Below are positions 7,554-16,440 of a DNA stretch of 43,857 nt, piece after piece. Below the pieces are notes generated by a model. That model was not told the origin of the DNA and searched no databases. It was given only the letters and a program-made list of their open reading frames with translations. Source of the DNA: Clostridia bacterium (GTDB taxonomy: Bacteria > Bacillota > Clostridia > Oscillospirales > CAG-272); NCBI GenBank assembly GCA_017456965.1, contig JAFTIJ010000178.1, positions 1-43,857 of the forward strand, read 5' to 3'. Positions within the stretch are counted from its first letter, which is position 1; each line of letters begins with the position of its first letter. A program made the position numbers and the translations under genes.

Positions 7554-9392
7554 ATGCTTATCAAATTTGCATTTCGGAATCTGCGCCGTCTTCCGTGGAG
7601 AACGGTGCTCTACAGCTCTGCGGTCTTTCTTGTTATCCTTGCGATGACCGCATCGCTCCTTGTTCTGTGTGCGTGTGAAAACGCGAGGACGACGCTGGAG
7701 GAGGAATATATGTTTGTTGCATCTCTCGTGCACCGTCCCAATACCAACGTCTATATGTCGGACGTCGGGCTCTGCACGCAGGGGAATGAGATCCTTGGCA
7801 TAAATCTTGCCATGGCGGAGGGGCAAGCGGTGATCCCGGGCGGTGTGCATATGACGGAGTATCCCGATGAGGACAATATGCCGTCCGAGCCCTCTGCCTT
7901 GTATATGGAGCCGTTCGGATGCAATCTGTTTGCCGTGGAAAATCTCTCGATGGTCTATCCCTTTTTTACGGGGGAGTACACCATTCGGGAGGGAACGGGA
8001 CTGACCGCCGAGGGATATACGGGAGAGCGCGCGGAGCTTGTCATTCCGTGGTGGCTTGCGGATCAATACGGTATCGGCGTTGGCGATACCGTCATGCGGC
8101 GGTATAATCATTACGGTCACAATAATAACGGCCATTACAGCTATCGTGAGTGCACGGTCGTCGGGATCTACGAGGCAAAAAACAAGAGCGCATCCCCCGA
8201 CAGCTATCCTGCATATATGACGGTCGGCAGAGCGGAGCGTGATTACGATAACTTTTTTATTCCAAGAACCGTCACGCCCATCGTCCTTGACCGCGTGGAT
8301 TTCGTGCTTCGGGGACGGGATAGCTTCGGCACGTTTGTAAAAACGGCAGAGGCCAACGGCCTTGCGCTTGACCGCGTGGATCTGGTCTTTAACAATGCCA
8401 CCTACGATACGCTCCTTGCTGAGCTTGACAGTATTCGGACGGTCGCCCTCTTTGTTTTTCTGACCGTCCTTACCGTAGGGCTTGGCGTGCTCATTTTCTT
8501 TACGGTGCTTCTTTGTCATACGCGGGAGCGCGAGCGCCGTTTGCTCGTGTCCCTCGGTATGACAAGAGGCGGCGTTTGCAGGATGCTCGCATGGGAGCTT
8601 GCCGTGATGCTGCTCGTTGCCGTAACGCTCGGACTTGGCGTCGGGTATCTTGCGGCGGAGGGCGTTTGCTCCTATGTCAACGGGAGCGTGCTTGCGCGGG
8701 CTTCCGCATCACAGAGAGTCCGTAACCTTTCGTCGGACGAGGCCTTTGACGAGACGATGCCGCTGGAGAAAAGGATCGAGCTCTCCGTTTCCGTCTTTGA
8801 CACAACGGTATCGGCAAGCGCGCTCTATTTCAATTCGATGTGTCTGCCGGATGAAAATGAACTTGGTATCAGCCGTCTGACGCTTCCGTTTATCGAAACG
8901 GGCGAAAACGGTTATCCCCGTGAGGGGATTGAAAACGGCGTGTGGCATCCGACGACGATCGTTGCCGTTACCGACCCAGACGCCGTTGGCGTTTCGGTTT
9001 CGACCGAGGCGCTGAGAGCAAGGGCGGATTACAATCCGTATTCCATTTATATGTATGTCAGCGAGAGCTCGCCGTTTGCGCCCAAGGACGGTGACGACGG
9101 TCTGCTTCGTCTGTATTTTGGCAAGGATATGCAGGGCTGTGTTTCAGTCGTCGACGATTTCGCGATACGTCTTGGCGGTGAGCCGTTGGTTCGATACGGA
9201 CGGGAAAACGTGGCCGGTATCGTAGCGGCGTACGTCATCGGCACCTATCGGGACAACGCACTCTGCTCGGGAGAGGACGTCCTGATCTGTATGGAGGATT
9301 ACCACGATATGTTCGAGGCGCTTTCGGTGGATTTTGGCGGCTTTCGGTTTGAGCGGATCGGCCATATCATCAATAAGGAGGAATTGCAATGA
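7554..9392 (+). CDS. ABC transporter permease, FtsX family (type 2: atypical, long soluble C-terminal domain)
   Basis: AAAGGAG RBS. N-terminus MLIKFAFRNLRRLPWRT. FtsX-type loop HTRERERRLLVSLGMTRGG. By eye there is no hydrophobic stretch in the last 220 or so residues. Confidence 0.8.
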   Translation: MLIKFAFRNLRRLPWRTVLYSSAVFLVILAMTASLLVLCACENARTTLEEEYMFVASLVHRPNTNVYMSDVGLCTQGNEILGINLAMAEGQAVIPGGVHMTEYPDEDNMPSEPSALYMEPFGCNLFAVENLSMVYPFFTGEYTIREGTGLTAEGYTGERAELVIPWWLADQYGIGVGDTVMRRYNHYGHNNNGHYSYRECTVVGIYEAKNKSASPDSYPAYMTVGRAERDYDNFFIPRTVTPIVLDRVDFVLRGRDSFGTFVKTAEANGLALDRVDLVFNNATYDTLLAELDSIRTVALFVFLTVLTVGLGVLIFFTVLLCHTRERERRLLVSLGMTRGGVCRMLAWELAVMLLVAVTLGLGVGYLAAEGVCSYVNGSVLARASASQRVRNLSSDEAFDETMPLEKRIELSVSVFDTTVSASALYFNSMCLPDENELGISRLTLPFIETGENGYPREGIENGVWHPTTIVAVTDPDAVGVSVSTEALRARADYNPYSIYMYVSESSPFAPKDGDDGLLRLYFGKDMQGCVSVVDDFAIRLGGEPLVRYGRENVAGIVAAYVIGTYRDNALCSGEDVLICMEDYHDMFEALSVDFGGFRFERIGHIINKEELQ

Positions 9393-10054
9393 AAATTCTT
9401 GACTTGAACGGCATCAGCTACGATTATACCACGAAGGCGGGCAAGGTACACGCGCTGAAGGAGGCGACGGCGAGCTTTGAGACGGGCGTGGTCTACGCCA
9501 TCGTCGGCCGCTCGGGTAGCGGCAAATCCACGCTGATGTCGCTGATGGCGGGTCTGGACGTTCCGAGGGACGGGGACGTCCGTTATCGGGGCGAAAGTCT
9601 GCTATCCATGGACCGCGACCGCTATCGCAGAGAGCACGTTGGCATGATCTTCCAGAGCTACTATCTTCTCCCTCAACTCACCGCGGTCGAGAACGTGGAG
9701 CTCTCGCTGGAGCTTGCCAACTATAGGGGCAACAAAAGAGCGCGTGCCGAGGAGATGCTGACGCTCGTCGGTATCCGACGCGAGCAGTTCAGAAAGCGAA
9801 GCACGCAGTTCTCCGGCGGTGAGCAGCAGCGCATCGCCGTCGCACGCGCCATCGCCGCCGACCCCGAGCTGATCCTTGCGGACGAGCCGACGGGCAACCT
9901 CGACAACGAAAACAGCATGAACATCGTAGAGATCCTCACCGAGCTTGCGCATCGGTACGGGAAGTGCGTCATCATCATTACGCACGCCGCCGAGGTTGCG
10001 GAGCGAGCCGACCGCGTTCTCAGAATGGACGACGGATATCTGCGTGCCGAATGA
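9389..10054 (+). CDS. ABC transporter ATP-binding protein (MacB/LolD-type)
   Basis: Walker A GRSGSGKST, signature FSGGEQQRIAVARA, Walker B LILADEPTGNLD. ATGA overlap with the upstream permease. Confidence 0.95.
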   Translation: MKILDLNGISYDYTTKAGKVHALKEATASFETGVVYAIVGRSGSGKSTLMSLMAGLDVPRDGDVRYRGESLLSMDRDRYRREHVGMIFQSYYLLPQLTAVENVELSLELANYRGNKRARAEEMLTLVGIRREQFRKRSTQFSGGEQQRIAVARAIAADPELILADEPTGNLDNENSMNIVEILTELAHRYGKCVIIITHAAEVAERADRVLRMDDGYLRAE

Positions 10055-10075
10055 CCGTACGGAAAGGAGTCTTTG

Positions 10076-10624
10076 ATGAAAAAACTACCGTCTCTTTTTC
10101 TCATCCTTCTTTTTGCGTTGCTTCTTGGCGCTTGCGGGGAAGAGCAGGGCTCTTATTTGCACGGAGAACGCTACGGAGCGGAATTTCGCAAGGAAAACGA
10201 CAATCTGTTTCCCAATCCCGAGTGCGTGCATCGGATCGACGAGGTCGGCGCCGACGGCGTCCTGCCGCCGGAAGAGGCGGAGCTTTATCATATGGTCGTC
10301 TGCAAATATCCGAACTGCGATTACGAGCCGCAATACGAGCCCCACACCCTGTATCTCTACGAGCCGTATTTCAGGGGCTATCCTCAATACGCCGAGAACG
10401 GCTATCTCTATCATACGCCCCACGTCTATTGTTATGAGTGCTCCCGCGTGATCGGGGTGCGGATCCTGTGCTTGACGCAGGATGTGAACTGTGGGCGTGA
10501 GGGCGAGGTCCTCAGTAAGGAGACCAACTGTCTTTTGGGGGTGAATTGGGAGGAGATATTCCGTGAATATCCGTATGAGCTTCTGATCCGTGAGGAGACG
10601 ACCGCCCCGTCTCCGATCCCGTAA
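10076..10624 (+). CDS. Cys/His-rich lipoprotein, paralog of 5545..6054
   Basis: GGAAAGGAG precedes ATG 10076 (the listed start at 10073 is TTG). Lipobox LLLGAC. Shares the NP(D/E)C.H, YHM..CK, GYLYH and NWEEI motifs with the first copy. Confidence 0.75.
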   Translation: MKKLPSLFLILLFALLLGACGEEQGSYLHGERYGAEFRKENDNLFPNPECVHRIDEVGADGVLPPEEAELYHMVVCKYPNCDYEPQYEPHTLYLYEPYFRGYPQYAENGYLYHTPHVYCYECSRVIGVRILCLTQDVNCGREGEVLSKETNCLLGVNWEEIFREYPYELLIREETTAPSPIP

Positions 10625-10661
10625 GGCTATTTTTTCGTAACGATTGCAAAAGGAGGATCTT

Positions 10662-12137
10662 ATGCGATACGCGCTGAGAAACATCATCCGCCTGAGGGCA
10701 AGAAGCATTCTGAGTATGCTGATCGTCCTCTGTGTACTGCTCCTTGCCATGCTCGGCGTTTTTGTCCGACGGCTCTGCGAGGATACCCGTGCACACTTTT
10801 ACGGTCCGCTCGACGGCTCGGTTCACGTGACGGACGAATCGTATCACGGCGTCCTGAATTACGGGGCGGCGCTCACGGTCGCGGAGGACGCCGACGTCAT
10901 TACGGGCGTCTCCGCCGTCAAGGAATACACGGGGATGCTCTGCGATCTTTACTACGTCGGCTATGACGGCATGAGGCGCTACAGCTTCTCGGGTGAGGAA
11001 AAAACGGAGGATCGCAGGTCTCCGTATCTCAAGGCCTTCTCCGTCTGTGCCGTCAGCTCGATGGCGATCTTGCCGGAGGTCTACGGCGGTGACCTTACTC
11101 TTTTGGGTGGCTCCATGATTACGGATGCAGATACGGCGGAGATCGAAAACAAGATCGTGATCTCCGAGGCGCTTGCCATGTAAAATGGGCTTTCTCTCGG
11201 GGATACGGTCGTTTTGCATACGCTCTCTCTTTTTTACGAGGAATATACCCTTTGCAAATATCTTCAGCTTTCGGAGAGCGAGGGGCTCTCGCCGCCCACG
11301 CGGGCGTACGTGATCGGTGGGATCTACCGCCACGCCGTGGATAATGCGGCGGCAGTCTCCGAGCCGTGGTCGCTCCACGCGAATACTGTGTATATTCCGA
11401 TCTCCACGGTAAGCGAGGTCGCGGAATCCGAGGCGATACGGGAGCTCTACGGCAGTCAGGGGGGCTACGCGATCAAGAGCGAGCCCCGCGTCGTTCCCGA
11501 CGCGCTGTATTTTCATCTGTCGGATATGCGTGTCGCCGAGGCGCTGGAGGAGGAGCTGAATCAGCTTGGCTTCCTTAAAACGGTCCGACTGACGGAGTAC
11601 GTTTCGGATACGGCGTCGTCTCCGTCCGTCCGCCTGTCGCAGAGCCTCTCCTACGTGCTTGTCGGCGTGATCGCTGTCGGCTTTGCGATCCTTGGGCTCT
11701 CCGTATTCTTCGATATGAAAACGCGGCACCGCGAGCTTGCGATGCTGATCGCGCTCGGCAAGCGGCGGTCCCATGTGACGGGGTCCTTTTTTGCGGAGCG
11801 GGTCCTTCTGATTCTGCTTGGCGGTCTTTTGGCCACGGCGCTACTTGCTACGTTCGTTTTGCTTTGTGCCGAGCCGCTTTTGCAGTATCTGTACTCCGCG
11901 GAGCTCTCCGCGCAGTTTTACGGGGAGACTGCCGACATGGTGCTGATGAGCACGCCCGTCGGGGCGCTGATCTCGCAGAGCATGGCACGGCCGTCGTATC
12001 TTATCACGGCGTATCTGCTCCCGAGCGTTGCCTTGGTGTGGGTCGCGGTCCCCGTGCTGTCGGTGATCCTTTATACCGTCGTTTTGCTTTATGCCCGTAA
12101 GATCCGACCGCTCTGTGATGTCGGAGGAAAGGAATAA
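10662..12137 (+). pseudogene. FtsX permease type 1, second copy, interrupted by an in-frame TAA at 11181-11183
   Basis: ORFs 10644..11183 and 11214..12137 are in the same frame. Homology to 6021..7487 runs across the stop: VISEALAM-stop-NGLSLGDTV versus VISEELALQNGLSLGDTV. Confidence 0.8.
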
Positions 12138-12140
12138 AGG

Positions 12141-12176
12141 GCAACGTCGTCGGGTGTCCGCGCCCGGCGACGTTGC
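12141..12176 (+). other. GC-rich hairpin (possible terminator or stabiliser) with no U-tract
   Basis: gcaacgtcg / cgacgttgc outer stem with an inner cggg/cccg stem, 4 nt after the stop at 12137. There is no counterpart in the first gene copy. Confidence 0.35.
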
Positions 12177-12265
12177 AGTGAAGTATTCCGCTGATCGCGG
12201 AACGTTAAGGTAAAATTTATTATAATTTTTAAGTTGGCGACATGAGAATAGGAGGAGGGTATATC

Positions 12266-14077
12266 GTGATCTTCAAATTTGCTATGAGAAATCTCGTGCG
12301 TTTTCCGTAGAGGACGCTTCTGTACGGCTTCACCGTGCTTTTCGTCGTCATGACCGTGACCGCATCCTTCGTTGTCCGCGGCGCCTGTGAGCAGACGGAG
12401 CGGTCGCTGGCGCGGGACTATATCTTCGTTGCCTCTCTCGTTAAGCGCTCGGCGGCGAACGATTTCCCACTTGCCGAGGTGGTCCGATGCCTGGAGTACC
12501 CGGGCGTCGTTGCCTTCAACGCGACGCTCTCCTATGCAAACGGTGGGATCCCCGAGGGGGAGACGCTCCTTGCGTACCCGTCACGGACGGAGGGTGTGGG
12601 GGCGTCGGTCCTTTTGCCGGAGGCACTCTGTCCGATTCAGGGTGTTGAGAATCTGGCGCTGGTCTATCCCTTCTTTTCTGGGGAGTGTACGGTCCGAGAG
12701 GGAACGGGACTCACGCCAAGGGGCTATGCGGGTGAGGTGGCGGAGGTCGTCATCCCTTGGTATCTTGCCGAGCGCCACGGAATTCGGGTCGGGGATACGG
12801 TCAATCGCCGATATTACAGCGACGTTGTCGGAGACGACGGTTATTGGTATATCCCGACGGTCGTCGTCGGGATCTATGAGACCTCCGCCCCCGACCCCGA
12901 GACGGAGGACTATCCCGCCTATATGCCGCTTGCCGTGACCGAGCTTGATTTCGGTGAGCTACAGTATGATGAGCGCGTTTTCAATATGTCGGAGCATCAC
13001 AAGGCGGTGCGTGCGGATTTCGTTCTGGAGGGAAGAGAGGCATTTGCGTCGTTCGTTGCCTTTGCCAAGGAACGCGGCGTCAATTTTCAGAACGTGAATA
13101 TGGTATTCAATAACAGCACCTACGACGTGCTTGCCTCGGAGATCGGCAACATCCGCATGATTGCGACGATCGTATGGATCTCCGTGATCGTGGTCGGCCT
13201 TGGTATTCTGATCTTTTTCACGGTCTATTTGTATCATGCGAGAGACAAGGAGCGACTTCTCCTCGGCTCGCTCGGTATGAAAAGGGGCGCGGTGCGCGGC
13301 ACGATCGCGTTGGAGCTGATCGTGCTTTTCGTCGTCTTTGCGGTGATGGGCCTCGGCGTCGGTGAGCTTGCCGCCGAGGCACTTTGCCGCACGGTCGATG
13401 ACACCGTGCTTGCCCGTGCGTCGGCCTCCGATGCGGTCAGGGACGTGACCTCCGCCTCCGAGTTTGACATCACCATGCCGCTTGAAAAAAATATGCGGCT
13501 TCGCATCCTCGGACGGGATGACGGCACGGAGGAGCCAAGCCTTGCGTGGAACCGCATCGTTCGTCTTGCCGAGGACGAGCTCGGCGTATCAAGGCATCGG
13601 CTCTTCGTTTACCAAACGATATCGGAGCTTCGGAAATACGCGCCTCCCTACGTTCCGACCGCAGAGGAAACCATGGAGATTTTTACGAGGGAGCGTACCG
13701 CCGTGGACGTCATCGGCGTGACCGATCTTTCCGCCTTCATTTTGCACGAGACGTCAGGTGTGCAGAATGAGCAGGCGATACGGTTGTACGTCAGCGAGGA
13801 TTTCTGCTACAGGGACGAGGGCAGTCTCTTTTTGTGCAGATTCAACGCGGGGGATACCTTTTTTAACGACGTCAGCTACACCCGATTCATGCCGTCGATG
13901 CCCTGCAGGAGCTATAGGGTGGTCATTGCGGGAACCTATGAGAAAAACGAATTTTGCTCGGGAAACGAGGTTCTCGTTTCCATGGAGGACTACCACAAGC
14001 TCTACAGCCTGATCTCTCTCACCGATCCCGACTACCATTTCCATCGCATCGGTGAGGTCGTGTCCGCTTCTCATTAA
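12266..14077 (+). pseudogene. FtsX permease type 2, second copy, interrupted by an in-frame TAG at 12308-12310
   Basis: GGAGGAGGG RBS and GTG 12266 give VIFKFAMRNLVRFP-stop-RTLLYG, versus MLIKFAFRNLRRLPWRTVLYS in 7554..9392. Same frame as ORF 12335..14077. Confidence 0.8.
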
Positions 14078-14102
14078 GGAGTAAAGAACGCAAGAGCGTG
14101 AT

Positions 14103-14150
14103 ATTCTCCGCGGAGAATCATGATCCCCGACGGTCAAATCCGTCGGGGAT
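14103..14150. terminator. hairpins between convergent genes
   Basis: Palindrome attctccg/cggagaat at 14103-14118. An 11-bp stem atccccgacgg/ccgtcggggat at 14123-14150 is followed by ttgctgtttt on the + strand. Confidence 0.6.
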
Positions 14151-14182
14151 TTGCTGTTTTATAAACCGGGGATTGTAGTACG

Positions 14183-16330
14183 TTATCCGCTTTCCTTTGG
14201 CTCGAAGGGGATCTTGTGCGATTTTGCGTAGCGGTGCGCGTAGCTGCCCTTGCGGGCGCGGACAGAGAGGGCGCGGCACCCGTAAAACGCCATGGCGGAG
14301 ATCTTTTTGACGCTCTCGGGGATCTCGATGCAGGCGAGCGCGGTGCACGTCGCAAACGCGAGGCCGTCGATCTGCGGGATGCCCTCGCAGAGCGTGATCT
14401 TGCGCAGATTGGGACAAGATGCGAAGGCAAAGGGATATATACGCTGCACGGTACTCGGAATGACGACGGAGCACAGATTTTCCTGCTCCGCAAGCGCACG
14501 GATACCGACCGTATGAATATCGCTTGGAATCGTCAGATCTTCGGATACGGAGAAGGCGTCGTACAGGACGCCGTTTACTGCGACCAGCCCGTTTGGATCG
14601 GACAGTGCCCTGCATCCGTCGAAGGCCCCAAGTCCGAGCGTGACGGCTTTTGCGGGCGGCGCGGAAAGCACGAGCTCGGCGCAGTTGCGAAATGCGTCGC
14701 GCCCGATCTCGCGAAGCGTCTCCGGAAGTGTCAGCTCCTTAAGCTTGACACAATGGCAAAAGGCGGCTTCCTCGATGGTTTGCAACTGTTTCGGAAGCGT
14801 AAGCTTCTCAAGCCGTATACACTCGCGAAAGGCACTGTCCCCGATCGTTACGACGCTATCGGGGAGGGTGACCTTCGTTAGCCCCTCGCAATAGGTAAAG
14901 GCGCTGTCCCCGATCATCGCGACGGTATTGGGGAGGGTGACCTCCGTTAACCCCTCGCAACCGTAAAAGGCATGGGTTGGCACGGATTGGAGCCCGCCAT
15001 AGAACGTGACCGCCTCCAGCGTTGTGCACACGCGGAAGGCGGCGTGCCCAAGCTGTCGGAGTCCCTTGCCGAAGCGGACGTGTCGGAGCTTCAGGCAATG
15101 TTCAAAGGCGCTTTCCTCAATCACGGTAACGCTGTCGGGGATCTCGATCTCCTCAAGCTCCTCGCAGTGTGAAAACGCCGCTTTGCCGATTCGTGTGACG
15201 GTGTCGGGGAGCGACGCGCGCCTTAGCGCCGTACAGCCGAAAAACGCACGATCTCCGATCTCGGTCACGCCCGACTCGATCTGTACCGTTTCGATCGACG
15301 CGTCGTTATAAAAGGCGTGGCCCTTGATGGAGACCGTATGCCCCTCGATGATGCCGGGAATCTGCAGATTGCCGTCTCGCCCCTTGTATTCGCTGATCTG
15401 ATAGGTGCCGTCCTTACGCCGCCCGACGGAAAACAGGCGGCGATGATCCGCGAGCGTCTTCTCGACCAGCCCGAATTCCTTGTCGATACGGTCGGCGTCC
15501 ATTTGCGCTAACTGCTCCGCAGTATACCGCTCGTTTTTGTATTGGAGCAGAAGAAGGCGGGTGGCGGCATCCTTGGCAAGCTCGATATAGCCGTCGAGCT
15601 CGTCGACGGAGAGCTTGCGCACACGGGAGAGCAGGGCGGCGGTCCGTTCCGCGTCGCCTGTGTAAAGAAACGTGTGAAAGAGCTCCGTGCGGATGGGCTT
15701 GGAGATCAGATAGCGGAGAAGCTCCTTGTGCAATGGCGGCGGTGCACCGATCTCGTCGTCGAGGAAGGCGATGAGCAGATCGATGTCGTTAAACATCCTG
15801 AGCACCTTTTTGGCGTCAGGCGTATACGTGGGATCGAACGCGAACGAAAGGGCGCGGAATTCGTGAAAACGGTTAAAGGCGCCGAGGCCGAAGCTTTTTA
15901 CCGTAGAGGGAATCGTGAGGCGCCCGATCTTATCGCATCCCGTGAAGGCGTGATTACCGATGCTCTCCAACCCCTCGTTCAAGGTAAGCTCGCATAGCGC
16001 ATTGCAATGGAGAAACGCCAGATCTCCGATCGTGCGTACACTCGTGGGGAGCACGACGCGCCGCAGGCGGCTACAGTCGGAGAATGCCGCCTCACCGATC
16101 GAGACAACTCCCTGCGGCAGGACGAGCTCCTTTAGATTCTTACACTCCCAAAATGCGCGTTCGGCAATTTCCGATACACTGTCGGGTAAGAGGAGCGTGT
16201 GCAGGCTTTCGCATTTCTCGAAGGCTCTCTCTCCGATCTCCGTTACACCGTCGGGGACGGCAACTGTTTCCGCGTCGCCCCGATATTTTTTCAAAATGAG
16301 GTTTTCAATCAAAAAATCATGCGCCGACAT
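14183..16330 (-). CDS. leucine-rich repeat protein (BspA-type LRR_5 repeats), no signal peptide
   Basis: Repeating units of the form (I/V)P..V..IG..AF..C..L..(V/L).LP sit at both ends around a helical middle region. Start is set at ATG 16330 (MSAHDF), 9 nt after AAAGGAGA. The alternative upstream start is 16354. Confidence 0.8.
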   Translation of the reverse strand: MSAHDFLIENLILKKYRGDAETVAVPDGVTEIGERAFEKCESLHTLLLPDSVSEIAERAFWECKNLKELVLPQGVVSIGEAAFSDCSRLRRVVLPTSVRTIGDLAFLHCNALCELTLNEGLESIGNHAFTGCDKIGRLTIPSTVKSFGLGAFNRFHEFRALSFAFDPTYTPDAKKVLRMFNDIDLLIAFLDDEIGAPPPLHKELLRYLISKPIRTELFHTFLYTGDAERTAALLSRVRKLSVDELDGYIELAKDAATRLLLLQYKNERYTAEQLAQMDADRIDKEFGLVEKTLADHRRLFSVGRRKDGTYQISEYKGRDGNLQIPGIIEGHTVSIKGHAFYNDASIETVQIESGVTEIGDRAFFGCTALRRASLPDTVTRIGKAAFSHCEELEEIEIPDSVTVIEESAFEHCLKLRHVRFGKGLRQLGHAAFRVCTTLEAVTFYGGLQSVPTHAFYGCEGLTEVTLPNTVAMIGDSAFTYCEGLTKVTLPDSVVTIGDSAFRECIRLEKLTLPKQLQTIEEAAFCHCVKLKELTLPETLREIGRDAFRNCAELVLSAPPAKAVTLGLGAFDGCRALSDPNGLVAVNGVLYDAFSVSEDLTIPSDIHTVGIRALAEQENLCSVVIPSTVQRIYPFAFASCPNLRKITLCEGIPQIDGLAFATCTALACIEIPESVKKISAMAFYGCRALSVRARKGSYAHRYAKSHKIPFEPKESG

Positions 16331-16374
16331 GGCGTAGCGTCTCCTTTTTCTCATGTTGTCGTTTGGGATGCGGA

Positions 16375-16400
16375 TGCCCCGTACCGCAAGCGATACGGGG
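16375..16400 (-). other. hairpin between the flotillin and LRR genes (weak terminator or processing site)
   Basis: gccccgta...tacggggc 8-bp stem with an inner cgc/gcg extension. No U-tract on either strand. Confidence 0.3.
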
Positions 16401-16440
16401 CACCGAATGTTTTATGCTGTCAGAGGCAATGGGGGTGGTC

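Noticed and set aside
790-8519. Other long antisense ORFs (790..2289, 4014..4796, 4793..5683, 6966..8519), plus 10512..11774 and 34505..36217 outside this span
   Set aside because: Each lies opposite a gene with paralog or family support. None has a convincing start context.
11181-12310. The in-frame TAA and TAG could indicate stop-codon reassignment
   Set aside because: TAA and TAG terminate many well-supported genes in this window (for example at 2628, 4122, 5521, 7487, 10624, 12137, 14077 and 22126). The standard code applies.
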